38,729 nt of DNA from positions 1 to 38,729 of IMG/VR virus record IMGVR_UViG_3300046786_000184. One strand, written 5' to 3'. Position numbers and translations under genes: made by a program. This document shows, piece after piece, positions 8,554-17,450 of this stretch (position 1 is its first letter; every line of letters starts with the position of its first letter). The stretch is from a virus (taxonomy: Duplodnaviria > Caudoviricetes). The notes under the pieces are model-generated. The model did no database searches. It had not been told where the DNA came from and was given only the letters and a program-made list of their open reading frames with translations.

Positions 8554-8694
8554 ATGGCAAAGATAAAATCACAAGACCTAGTAATTAAGGCAAAGAAGGT
8601 TGTAACACGACCAGGCGTTCATTCGAAGAAGAAGACATCTAAGTTGAAGACAAGCAAGAACTACAAGAAGTCATACGCTGGACAAGGGCGTTAA
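8554..8694 (+). CDS. 46-aa highly basic phage protein (below track cutoff)
   Basis: MAKIKSQDLVIKAKKVVTRPGVHSKKKTSKLKTSKNYKKSYAGQGR; A-rich start context. Confidence 0.8.
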   Translation: MAKIKSQDLVIKAKKVVTRPGVHSKKKTSKLKTSKNYKKSYAGQGR

Positions 8695-8714
8695 TTTTTG
8701 TCACAAATATTTAC

Positions 8715-8722
8715 TAAATTTG
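8715..8722 (+). promoter_or_regulatory. -7 promoter box TAAATTTG
   Basis: TAnnTTTG, ATG after 4 nt at 8727. Confidence 0.7.
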
Positions 8723-8726
8723 TTAC

Positions 8727-9161
8727 ATGGGAAAAATTAATAACTATAGCGTTGAATCTGTAAATCCTGGAGACAGAGTATTGTGTTCAGATGCATCTAC
8801 TGGAGAGACAAAGAATGTAACTGCACAGTCAATTTCTAATCTAGCTTCTTCATCTGTTGTATATAGAGCTTATTTAACTCAATCTGGCACGTCTGCTCCA
8901 GTTGCAACTGTGCTAGATGGTAGTACAATTACTGGTACTTGGGCGTATATTGAGACTGGAAGATATTCATTTACTCCTAGCGTTTCGTTGTTGGATAAAA
9001 AAGTAGCAATTATTTTTTCTATAAATGTAAATACTGGAATAGAGGTATGTCTTGATGACAGAGATGATGTTAAGGCTATCATTGCTACATATGCTAATGG
9101 CACATTATCAAATGCTCTTATTTTAGATCAATATGTTGAGATTTTAATTCATACAATTTAA
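8727..9161 (+). CDS. Putative accessory virion protein
   Basis: DRVLCSD...ETKNVT N-terminal module and VYRAYLTQSGTSAPVATVL domain recalled from phage structural proteins. Confidence 0.6.
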   Translation: MGKINNYSVESVNPGDRVLCSDASTGETKNVTAQSISNLASSSVVYRAYLTQSGTSAPVATVLDGSTITGTWAYIETGRYSFTPSVSLLDKKVAIIFSINVNTGIEVCLDDRDDVKAIIATYANGTLSNALILDQYVEILIHTI

Positions 9162-9165
9162 GAAT

Positions 9166-9279
9166 ATGAAATCAATTAAACCAAAGACAATAAAGACACC
9201 TAAGATGTCTGCACCAAAGGTTACAGGTAAGGATAAACCGTCAATGAAGAGACTCTGTGGAAATCGTTCTGGAAAATAG
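9166..9279 (+). CDS. 37-aa basic peptide (below track cutoff)
   Basis: MKSIKPKTIKTPKMSAPKVTGKDKPSMKRLCGNRSGK; starts 4 nt after previous stop. Confidence 0.6.
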   Translation: MKSIKPKTIKTPKMSAPKVTGKDKPSMKRLCGNRSGK

Positions 9280-9391
9280 ACTACCCTACGGACTCTGCAT
9301 TGGAATTGAATATTTTGGCATGGAGGACAACCTATTGCCAACATTACAGATAAGTTTGCTCTTTTTAAGGGTGCACTTTATTTTTTATTAA
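9257..9391 (+). CDS. 44-aa hydrophobic beta-type protein (GTG start, below track cutoff)
   Basis: MEIVLENRLPYGLCIGIEYFGMEDNLLPTLQISLLFLRVHFIFY; fills the apparent gap; its TAA begins the next promoter box. Confidence 0.6.
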   Translation: MEIVLENRLPYGLCIGIEYFGMEDNLLPTLQISLLFLRVHFIFY

Positions 9392-9396
9392 ATTTG
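9389..9396 (+). promoter_or_regulatory. -7 promoter box TAAATTTG
   Basis: TAnnTTTG followed by palindrome TAGTTATAACTA and A-rich leader. Confidence 0.65.
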
Positions 9397-9428
9397 CAGA
9401 TAGTTATAACTAATAAAAACAATAAATA

Positions 9429-10361
9429 ATGGCAAGGACCAATACCAATACAAGAAAGGTTGTATCACAAACTACGACAAAGAAGTCTGTAGTTACAACT
9501 ACAACAAAAAAACCTGTAGTAACAACTACAACAAAAAAGCCTGCGTCAGACGGTGATCTAAGGCCAGGAGAAAGAAGAGTTCCTAGCAGATACAAGCCTT
9601 TTAGTCAGCAGAATTATAACAGAGCTGATATACTTCCTATGGAACCAGCAGATACGGCTACATTTTCAAAACCTGGGTATAGAGTAGATTTGTCTAGAAG
9701 TAAAAAAGTAGTATCTAATGGAGTTACTCGTGGGTATCAAGAGACATATATTAAATTAGCTCCTAATAGCGGTAAAAAAACAACTCCTGTTAAGCCGCCT
9801 GTTGTAAAAGAAAAAGTTGAGGTTGGAAAATTGGCCATTAAAAAACCTAAGACTATTGAGACAGGTAGTAAAAGTGAACTAGTTAAAGGTCCAAAACCAA
9901 CTCTAGAAGTTCCAGTAGAGGTTAAATATAAAAAAGAGCCTAAAGTTAAGGCTCAATCTAAGGGAGGTAAGCCATTACAAAGACTAGCTACAAATGCAAA
10001 GGCAACTGCAAAGAATATTGTCGGACCAGCTAAATTTAAGCGTGAAGAAAAACTGGCTGGTGCATACGAGAGAGTTGGTAAAGCTGTATCTACAAAAGGT
10101 AACTCTGCAAAACAAAATATTAAAGACATAAAAGAATTTAAAAAATATGTTAAATCAGAGGAGGGTCAAAAAAGATATGGTAAAGAAACTAAATCTCTAA
10201 AAAAGGATTTGAATCAATCAAAGAGATATATTAAGAGAGAAGAGAAGGGTAAAAACAAGTATTTTAATCAAGAGGCTTTAAATAAGACTCAAGAGATGAC
10301 TCAAGCAGAATTGAAAAAAAGCAAGGGTAAAAAACAAGCTGGTAGAACTAGATTCTCTTAA
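9429..10361 (+). CDS. Lys/Thr-rich basic low-complexity protein
   Basis: 310 aa, N-terminal VVTTTTKKP repeats, own promoter and terminator. Confidence 0.8.
   Translation: MARTNTNTRKVVSQTTTKKSVVTTTTKKPVVTTTTKKPASDGDLRPGERRVPSRYKPFSQQNYNRADILPMEPADTATFSKPGYRVDLSRSKKVVSNGVTRGYQETYIKLAPNSGKKTTPVKPPVVKEKVEVGKLAIKKPKTIETGSKSELVKGPKPTLEVPVEVKYKKEPKVKAQSKGGKPLQRLATNAKATAKNIVGPAKFKREEKLAGAYERVGKAVSTKGNSAKQNIKDIKEFKKYVKSEEGQKRYGKETKSLKKDLNQSKRYIKREEKGKNKYFNQEALNKTQEMTQAELKKSKGKKQAGRTRFS
9489..9542 (+). repeat. 27-bp tandem coding repeat x2 (VVTTTTKKP)
   Basis: gtagttacaactacaacaaaaaaacct / gtagtaacaactacaacaaaaaagcct, plus a degenerate copy upstream. Confidence 0.9.
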
Positions 10362-10380
10362 TTTTAAAAAAAAATCAAAA

Positions 10381-10416
10381 AAAAGTAACTCATCATTTGG
10401 TGGGTTATTTTTTTTT
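10381..10416 (+). terminator. Rho-independent terminator, possibly bidirectional
   Basis: taactcatca / tggtgggtta stem with G-U pairs, flanked by A tract and T tract. Confidence 0.7.
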
Positions 10417-10449
10417 ATATATATTGCAATCATAAAACAATCAAACATT

Positions 10450-10797
10450 ATGAAAAAAACAATTTTTACAGCAATGATGCTCATCGGGATGATGGGATCT
10501 GCACAGACAATCGAAAATCCAATTGTAGTTAATGGAGACTCTTTAGTATTAGATATTTGGACATCTCCAGATTATGACACTAACACAAAAAGATTCTCTA
10601 CTAAAAACAGAAGTGAAGCTTTAAATATTGCTATGGACATTATGTATAAGACTTATGGTCGTATAAAATGGCCAGAAACAGAAGATTCTAATTTCAATGA
10701 AATTGCAACTACTGAATGGATCTTACCTAATAATTCATTTGTTCAGTTTGTAAGAAATGAAAAAGATGGATTGTATTTTGTAGTAATATACCAATAA
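10450..10797 (+). CDS. Secreted protein with Sec signal peptide (moron-like)
   Basis: MKKTIFTAMMLIGMMGSA-Q signal; flanked by terminators on both sides. Confidence 0.75.
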   Translation: MKKTIFTAMMLIGMMGSAQTIENPIVVNGDSLVLDIWTSPDYDTNTKRFSTKNRSEALNIAMDIMYKTYGRIKWPETEDSNFNEIATTEWILPNNSFVQFVRNEKDGLYFVVIYQ

Positions 10798-10814
10798 ATA
10801 TCAACAACAAAACT

Positions 10815-10842
10815 AGCCAGGCCTTCAAGTCTGGCTTTTTTT
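10815..10842 (+). terminator. Rho-independent terminator
   Basis: agccag..ctggct stem followed by T tract. Confidence 0.8.
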
Positions 10843-10845
10843 ATT

Positions 10846-10853
10846 TATATTTG
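10846..10853 (+). promoter_or_regulatory. -7 promoter box TATATTTG for packaging operon
   Basis: TAnnTTTG right after terminator. Confidence 0.7.
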
Positions 10854-10869
10854 CTGAAAATTAAATCAA

Positions 10870-11112
10870 ATGACAAAAATCAAGAACATTCAACCAGAAG
10901 GGTTGAGCACAGAAGAATTCGAGAAGTTGTCCGCACTTAACCGTGGATATTCAGAGGCAAAAGCCAGAGTGGCAGACGCTGCATTATTTCACAAGCGATC
11001 AGTTGATGCATTGGATAAGATCGAGGAGTTGCTCCGAGGTCACCAGAATGAACTTGCAACCAAGTATGGTGAAGACAAGAGCATCGACATGAAGACTGGA
11101 ATGTTTGTGTAA
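10870..11112 (+). CDS. Coiled-coil hypothetical protein
   Basis: 80 aa helical, C-terminal KYG...IDMKTG. Confidence 0.75.
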   Translation: MTKIKNIQPEGLSTEEFEKLSALNRGYSEAKARVADAALFHKRSVDALDKIEELLRGHQNELATKYGEDKSIDMKTGMFV

Positions 11113-11327
11113 TGATCCGCAAGATTTCTGTAGGTATTGACCTACTAAATGCAATGCACTTTATTGTTGGTCAGTCCGTATGTAAGGACACCCATAAGAT
11201 TGTCGAGATCAGACGTTCTGATGATGGGTATCATATCCGTATCAAGAATGAAAACGAGGAGATAGTTTTATGGAAGACGATCAATAACTTTATGCCAGTC
11301 ACTATTGAATATGATCTCAACTTCTAA
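11112..11327 (+). CDS. Phage hypothetical protein
   Basis: MIRKISVG..AMHFIVGQ..LWK..MPVTIEYDLNF; TAATG-coupled. Confidence 0.8.
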   Translation: MIRKISVGIDLLNAMHFIVGQSVCKDTHKIVEIRRSDDGYHIRIKNENEEIVLWKTINNFMPVTIEYDLNF

Positions 11328-11330
11328 CAT

Positions 11331-11909
11331 ATGCGTTCACTAGACTGCTTCATAGTAAAACCTTTAGGCGGTAAAAGATACAACAACACAAAGGACATAG
11401 ACGGTAAGGACTTTATCTTGTCGTCGTCACAGGAGGACCACACTGTGACAAATAGAGAGGCTGTAGTTGTTGCTTTACCTATGCGTAATTATAACGGACC
11501 GATAAAGGTTGGCGACACGGTTATCGTTCACCACAACATGTTCCGAATATACTACGACATGAAGGGGCGTGAGAGAAGCAGCTCGAACCATATAGTTGAG
11601 GATCTTTATATGCTAGAACAGGACATGACGTATCTGTACAAGAGTCCTGGTGGTGAATGGAAATCACCAGCCCCATACTGCTTTGTTGAACCAATAAGTA
11701 AATCAACAGATAATAAATTAAAGTCTACTGGTAGCTACGAAGACTTATGGGGCATTCTGGTGTATAAGAATGAAGAGCAGGATGACTTGAGTTCTGGAGA
11801 TATGGTGTCATTCAAGCCAGAGTCGGAGTACGAGTTTAAGATAGACGATAGGGTGTTGTATCGAATGAGAACAAATAGCATATGTCTGATAAGCGAGAAC
11901 AAATATTAA
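11331..11909 (+). CDS. Tandem two-domain GroES-like protein
   Basis: Two GroES-like halves: CFIVKP..AVVVALP..IKVGDTVIV and CFVEPI..GILVY..SGDMVSF..FKIDDRVLYRMR. Confidence 0.65.
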   Translation: MRSLDCFIVKPLGGKRYNNTKDIDGKDFILSSSQEDHTVTNREAVVVALPMRNYNGPIKVGDTVIVHHNMFRIYYDMKGRERSSSNHIVEDLYMLEQDMTYLYKSPGGEWKSPAPYCFVEPISKSTDNKLKSTGSYEDLWGILVYKNEEQDDLSSGDMVSFKPESEYEFKIDDRVLYRMRTNSICLISENKY

Positions 11910-12151
11910 ATGCAGGTCTGAAGGGCGTTGACGAATTGATCAAGGTCCTTGAGTCTCCAATACTGTTGGCTGGCGATGAGTTGTCGGCTGATAAGATGAA
12001 AGCTGCGGCAGCTGCCAAGCGTCTTGCATTTGAGGATGCACTGGCAATATATGACCGTGTGCAGACTGAGAAGAATGCAGACGAGCATAACGAGATAGAG
12101 ACAAGGGCTGCGGCTATCCCAGTATCATTTGTAGAATCAAAGGCTAAATGA
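11882..12151 (+). CDS. Putative terminase small subunit
   Basis: Small helical protein ATGA-coupled to the terminase large subunit; positional inference. Confidence 0.5.
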   Translation: MSDKREQILNAGLKGVDELIKVLESPILLAGDELSADKMKAAAAAKRLAFEDALAIYDRVQTEKNADEHNEIETRAAAIPVSFVESKAK

Positions 12152-14355
12152 GTTTATACGCCATACTTCCAGACCACATATCTCCACAGGCCAGAAAGGC
12201 TCACAAGTGGGTGTACGGTTATGATGAGAAGTATGATGTCGTTGTTATATCTAAGGATGGTACCATTGGTGACATCTATGAGATAAACGGACTTAAGGTT
12301 GCACTTCCTGCACTTCCGAAGGAGAAGATACCTGTAGGCAATAACAGATGGGAGGTGCGTGAGTATCCAAAGGAGCTGTCAAAGTTAAAGACCATATTTG
12401 AATGGAACTCTAAATCTAATGAGTTCAAGGTAAAGTGGGTTGACTTCATACAGGAAGAGTTTGAGAAGCGTGAGGACGGTCACTGGTTTATGAATAGAGG
12501 TATTCCGACATACATCACTGGAAGCCACTACATGTACTTGCAGTGGTCAAAGATCGATATCGGTCTACCAGATTTCCGTGAGTCAAACAGAATATTCTTT
12601 ATCTTCTGGGAGGCATGTAAGGCTGACGACAGATGCTACGGTATGTGCTACTTGAAGAACCGTCGATCTGGATTCTCTTTCATGTCATCATCAGAGACAT
12701 CTAATATAGGCACAATATCTAAGGACTCTAAGCTGGGAATACTATCTAAGACTGGTGCCGATGCTAAGGAGATGTTTATCAACAAGGTTGTACCTATCGT
12801 TAGAAACTACCCGTTCTTCTTCAAGCCGATACAGGACGGTATGGACAATCCAAAGACCGAGCTGTCGTTTAGGGTTCCAGCAAAGAAAATCACCAAGAAG
12901 AACATGGCCGAACATGACGATGATGACATCGTTGGATTGGACACGACGATTGACTGGTTGAACACAGCGGACAACTCGTATGATGGTCAGAAGTTGATAA
13001 ACCTGGTGCATGATGAGAGCGGTAAATGGTTAACTCCAAACAACATTCTAAGCAACTGGCGTGTAACAAAGACGTGTCTACGATTGGGTAGCCGTATCGT
13101 TGGTAAGTGCATGATGGGTTCAACTGTGAACGCACTGGCAAAAGGTGGTCAGAACTTCAAGGACCTGTACATGGACTCAGACCCTAGAAAACGAAATAAC
13201 AACGGACAGACCAAGAGTGGACTTTACTCCTTGTTTATACCAATGGAGTACAACCTGGAGGGTTTTATTGACGAGTATGGACACTCTGTAGTCAATGATC
13301 CAGAGAAGCCTATCATGGGTATTGATGGTCGACCAATAAAGATAGGTGCTGTCACATACTGGCAGAATGAGGTTGACGCATTGAAGTCAGACCCAGATGC
13401 ATTGAACGAGTACTACAGACAGTACCCTAGGACCGAGTCTCACGCATTTAGAGATGAGTCTAAGCAGTCTTTATTCAACCTTACCAAGATATACCAGCAG
13501 ATTGACTATAACGACTCTCTGATAAAGGACCGTGTACTCACACGTGGATACTTCCACTGGAGGGATGGTGTAAAAGATTCTCAAGTGGTGTGGACACCAG
13601 ACCCACGTGGCAGGTTCATCGTTTCATGGATACCACCAGAAAAGATGAGAAATAATGTGATTGTGAAAAACGGAAGAAAATATCCTGGAAATGATGAATA
13701 CGGAGCTTTTGGTTGTGACCCATATGATATATCTGGAGTCGTTGGTGGTGGTGGATCGAATGGTGCACTGCATGGTCTTACTACTTTCAGCATGTCGCCA
13801 GACGTGCCGTCTAATATGTTCTTTCTAGAGTACATAGCACGACCACAGACGGCAGAGATATTCTTTGAGGATGTGCTTATGGCGTGTGTGTTTTACGGAA
13901 TGCCTATACTTGCGGAGAATAATAAACCTAGATTGCTGTACCATTTTAAGAATAGAGGATATAGGGGCTACTCTATGAACCGTCCAGACAAGGCAGCTGG
14001 GACACTATCCAAGACAGAGCAAGAGCTGGGAGGGATACCGAACACCTCTGAAGATATAAAGCAGGCTCATGCTGCTGGTATCGAGTCTTACATTGAACAG
14101 TATGTAGGTCTTGATCAAGAGGGTGAGTACAGGGATTCAGATACGATGGGTAATATGTACTTTGCACGTACCCTTGAGGACTGGGCTAGGTACGATATCA
14201 ACAACCGTACAAAGCACGATGCCTCGATTAGTTCTGGTCTAGCAATTATGGCTACACGTAGACATACGTTTAGGACCGAAGTAAAGAAATCAAAAATAAG
14301 TGTTAACTTTGCTAGATATAACAATAAGGGCAACAACAGTCAAATCATCAAATGA
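12148..14355 (+). CDS. terL: Terminase large subunit
   Basis: Walker A-like KNRRSGFS, Walker B LVHDESGK, motif III GST, RNase H-like FGCDPYD, ILAENN, KHDA. Confidence 0.93.
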   Translation: MSLYAILPDHISPQARKAHKWVYGYDEKYDVVVISKDGTIGDIYEINGLKVALPALPKEKIPVGNNRWEVREYPKELSKLKTIFEWNSKSNEFKVKWVDFIQEEFEKREDGHWFMNRGIPTYITGSHYMYLQWSKIDIGLPDFRESNRIFFIFWEACKADDRCYGMCYLKNRRSGFSFMSSSETSNIGTISKDSKLGILSKTGADAKEMFINKVVPIVRNYPFFFKPIQDGMDNPKTELSFRVPAKKITKKNMAEHDDDDIVGLDTTIDWLNTADNSYDGQKLINLVHDESGKWLTPNNILSNWRVTKTCLRLGSRIVGKCMMGSTVNALAKGGQNFKDLYMDSDPRKRNNNGQTKSGLYSLFIPMEYNLEGFIDEYGHSVVNDPEKPIMGIDGRPIKIGAVTYWQNEVDALKSDPDALNEYYRQYPRTESHAFRDESKQSLFNLTKIYQQIDYNDSLIKDRVLTRGYFHWRDGVKDSQVVWTPDPRGRFIVSWIPPEKMRNNVIVKNGRKYPGNDEYGAFGCDPYDISGVVGGGGSNGALHGLTTFSMSPDVPSNMFFLEYIARPQTAEIFFEDVLMACVFYGMPILAENNKPRLLYHFKNRGYRGYSMNRPDKAAGTLSKTEQELGGIPNTSEDIKQAHAAGIESYIEQYVGLDQEGEYRDSDTMGNMYFARTLEDWARYDINNRTKHDASISSGLAIMATRRHTFRTEVKKSKISVNFARYNNKGNNSQIIK

Positions 14356-16778
14356 ATAAGCCAGAGATAATTGTCAAAGCTACGCCCTTTCCAGATCCGC
14401 TAGCCACTGATGCAGAAAAGGCTACACCAGACTATGGCCTCCGAGTCGGAAAAGCTATTGAGGGTGAATGGTTCAAGAGAAAGGGAATGTCTTGCAGATA
14501 CTACGACCAAGTAGGTGAGTTTCATCGACTTCGATTGTATGCCCGTGGAGAACAGCCAATAGAGAAGTATAAGAATGAGTTTGTCATCGATGGTGACATG
14601 TCTTATCTTAACCTTAACTGGAGTATCGTACCTATTATACCAAAGTTTGTTGATATCGTTGTAAACGGTATGGCAGACCGTATGTATAGTATACGTGCTG
14701 AGGCTCAAGATGCAATGTCTGCTGAGAAGAAGAACGTGTTCCAGGACATGGTAGAGGCTGATATGGCGGCTAAAGATTTCTTATTGAAGACAAAGGAAGA
14801 GTTTGGTGTTGACGCATTTAATGTTAATCCAGACGAGCTTCCAGAGAACGACGAGGAGATGGAGTTGTACATGAACCTAAAGTACAAGCCGTCTATTGAG
14901 ATTGCAGAAGAGATTGCTATTGACACTATATTGAAGATGAGCGATTTTAAACTCATCGAAGAGATGATCGACAAGGATCAGACTGAGATTGGTGTGTCAT
15001 GGGTTAAACATCAGTTCCTACCTGGAGAGGGTGTGCGAGTTGAGTATGTTGACCCTGCAAATATGATATGGAGTTATTCAGAGAAGCCAGACTTTTCTGA
15101 CTGCTTTTATTTCGGTGAGATTAAGCAGCTTCACTATACAGAGATATTAAAGATTGTTCCAGACATTACAGACGAAGAGCTGAAGGTTATTCGTGACTCT
15201 GGTTCTGCTTGGAATAACTACTACCCAATTATTCGAAGATATCAAGATGACATCTTCTTGAGTGATGTAGTGAACTTGATCTACTTCAACTACAAGAGTA
15301 GCAAGAAGTATGTTCACAAGAAGAAATACCTAAACAATGGTGGTGTTCGAGTAATACCTAAGGACGATACTTTTAATCCTACTGGAGAGAATGAAAACTT
15401 TGAGAAGTTAGAGTTTTCTAGAGAGGTATGGTATGAAGGAGTTCTAGTTGCTGGTACAAACATTATACTTAAGTGGGACTTGATGAAGAACATGGTTCGT
15501 CCTAAGTCTGCATCGGAGAAAGCATTGCCTAGCTATGTAGGTTTTGCACCACGAATGTATAAGGGTAAGATCGACTCACTTGTTAAGCGAATGATTCCAT
15601 TTGCTGACCAGATTCAGTTGATTCACTTAAAACTACAACAAGTACAGTCACGTATTATTCCAGATGGAGTATTTATCGATGCAGACGGTTTGAATGAGGT
15701 TGACCTTGGACAAGGTGCAGCATACACTCCAGAAGATGCATTGAGATTATACTTCCAGACTGGTTCCGTGGTTGGACGTTCATACACTGGAGACGGAGAG
15801 TTTAACAATGCCCGTGTTCCAATTCAAGAGCTTGGAGCTAGCAGCGGTCAAGGTAAGATTGCGTCGTTGATAGGAAGTTACAACCACTATCTAAATATGA
15901 TCAGAGATGTGACGGGACTCAATGAGGCACGTGACGGATCTATGCCACATCAAGATGCTTTGGTTGGAGTTCAGAAGCTAGCTGCATTAAACAGTAACAC
16001 CGCTACAAGACACATTCTTGAGGCTAAGTTGATGCAGATACGTCGACTTGCTACATGCCTTTCTGTTCGTATATCTGACATCTTGGAGTACGCAGAGTTT
16101 AAAGATCAGTTTGCTATGCAGATTGGTAAGTACAACCTGTCTATTTTGCAGGATGTAAAAAACTTGTACCTTCATGACTTCGGTATCTTTATCGACCTTC
16201 TTCCAGATGAAGAGGAGCGTCAGATGTTGGAGAACAATATATCTATTGCATTGCAGAGAGATAGTATCGACCTTGAGGATGCGATTGACATCCGTAATGT
16301 GAAGAACATCAAGCTTGCGAACGAGTTGTTGAAGATGAAGCGTAAGCGTAAGTTGAAGGCAATGCAAGAGCGTGAGGACCAACAGATGCAGATGCAAGGG
16401 CAGATTAATGCACAGTCACAACAGATGGCAGCAGAAGCTAAGATGCAACAGTTGCAGATGGAGGCTCAAGTTAAAACTCAGATCAAGCAAGCGGAGACAC
16501 AGTTGTTCATTCAACAGATGCAGGCCGAGGCAGAGATCAAGCGTATGTTGATGCAGGAAGAGTTTAACTTCAATATGCAGTTGAAGGGTATCGAGGTTGA
16601 CGGAATGTCAAAGAGAGATCAAGATAAAGAAAAAGCTAAAGATAAACGAGTAGATCTACAGGCCACAAGACAATCGGAACTTATTGAGCAGCGTCAAAAA
16701 CAGTTGCCAGCTAAGAACTTTGAGTCAGAGGAGGATACGTTAGATGGATTTGATTTATCATCATTTGGACCTAAATAA
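14352..16778 (+). CDS. Portal protein
   Basis: 808 aa after terL; PIIPKFVDIVVNG, IRDVTGLNEARDG, long Q/M-rich C-terminal coiled coil typical of podoviral portals. Confidence 0.9.
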   Translation: MNKPEIIVKATPFPDPLATDAEKATPDYGLRVGKAIEGEWFKRKGMSCRYYDQVGEFHRLRLYARGEQPIEKYKNEFVIDGDMSYLNLNWSIVPIIPKFVDIVVNGMADRMYSIRAEAQDAMSAEKKNVFQDMVEADMAAKDFLLKTKEEFGVDAFNVNPDELPENDEEMELYMNLKYKPSIEIAEEIAIDTILKMSDFKLIEEMIDKDQTEIGVSWVKHQFLPGEGVRVEYVDPANMIWSYSEKPDFSDCFYFGEIKQLHYTEILKIVPDITDEELKVIRDSGSAWNNYYPIIRRYQDDIFLSDVVNLIYFNYKSSKKYVHKKKYLNNGGVRVIPKDDTFNPTGENENFEKLEFSREVWYEGVLVAGTNIILKWDLMKNMVRPKSASEKALPSYVGFAPRMYKGKIDSLVKRMIPFADQIQLIHLKLQQVQSRIIPDGVFIDADGLNEVDLGQGAAYTPEDALRLYFQTGSVVGRSYTGDGEFNNARVPIQELGASSGQGKIASLIGSYNHYLNMIRDVTGLNEARDGSMPHQDALVGVQKLAALNSNTATRHILEAKLMQIRRLATCLSVRISDILEYAEFKDQFAMQIGKYNLSILQDVKNLYLHDFGIFIDLLPDEEERQMLENNISIALQRDSIDLEDAIDIRNVKNIKLANELLKMKRKRKLKAMQEREDQQMQMQGQINAQSQQMAAEAKMQQLQMEAQVKTQIKQAETQLFIQQMQAEAEIKRMLMQEEFNFNMQLKGIEVDGMSKRDQDKEKAKDKRVDLQATRQSELIEQRQKQLPAKNFESEEDTLDGFDLSSFGPK

Positions 16779-16786
16779 TAAATAAC

Positions 16787-17128
16787 ATGACACCAGGAAA
16801 ATTTATTGGTATGTTGTTCCAGTCAAGAGATATGATGCACTTGACTCATTTGGACACAACATCATTTGCAGAACATAAAGCATTGAACGCTTACTACGAT
16901 GGGATTTTAGATTTGACAGACTCATTTACTGAGAAGTACTTTGGTCGTAACAAACGAGTAGAGATCGTAATCCCAGAATCTAAAAAGATGTCTGCTGTTG
17001 AGCACATGAAGGCTATGCAGAAGGCTATCGAGGCAGAGCGTGATAACTATCCATCAGACCTTCAGAACATCATGGATGAGATGATTGGTCTTGTTAACGA
17101 GACGCTATACTTATTGACATTGGTATGA
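16787..17128 (+). CDS. Ferritin/Dps-like four-helix protein
   Basis: HLTH..T.SFAEHKAL..YYD.I.DL.D..E motif; LQNI.DEM...YLL. Confidence 0.7.
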   Translation: MTPGKFIGMLFQSRDMMHLTHLDTTSFAEHKALNAYYDGILDLTDSFTEKYFGRNKRVEIVIPESKKMSAVEHMKAMQKAIEAERDNYPSDLQNIMDEMIGLVNETLYLLTLV

Positions 17129-17406
17129 TGAAGGACTCCAGACTTGAAAGAGCTGGAGTTTCTGGTTATAACAAGCCAAAGAGAACTCCAGGACATCCAA
17201 CAAAGTCACACATAGTTGTGGCTAAGCAGGGTGATCAAATTAAGACCATTCGATTTGGTCAACAAGGCGTATCTGGTTCTCCTAAGAAGGCTGGTGAGTC
17301 TAAGGCATATAGAGAACGTAGAGAGTCATTTAAGGCTCGTCATGCGTCTAACATAGCAAAGGGAAAAATGTCTGCTGCATACTGGGCTGACAAAGTAAAA
17401 TGGTGA
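17125..17406 (+). CDS. Basic phage protein
   Basis: NKPKRTP.HPTKSH.V...IRFGQQG...RR.SFKARH...SAAYWA..KW pattern recalled from aquatic phages. Confidence 0.8.
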   Translation: MMKDSRLERAGVSGYNKPKRTPGHPTKSHIVVAKQGDQIKTIRFGQQGVSGSPKKAGESKAYRERRESFKARHASNIAKGKMSAAYWADKVKW

Positions 17407-17421
17407 TATTACTTTTTTAAG

Positions 17422-17429
17422 TAATTTTG
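17422..17429 (+). promoter_or_regulatory. -7 promoter box TAATTTTG for scaffold-capsid operon
   Basis: TAnnTTTG 21 nt before ATG. Confidence 0.65.
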
Positions 17430-17450
17430 CAATAATTTAAATTAAATCAA

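Noticed and set aside
3406-9183. Identical N-terminus MKSIKP in GroES and the 9166 peptide
   Set aside because: Different codons and no further similarity; likely chance
9352-9388. Weak hairpin plus T tract as terminator, or ncRNA in 9280-9390
   Set aside because: Poor stem, and the region is explained by the 9257-9391 ORF
12148-16778. Intron or intein in terminase or portal
   Set aside because: Continuous frames; no intein C-terminal HN-[CST] block or homing-endonuclease motifs noticed
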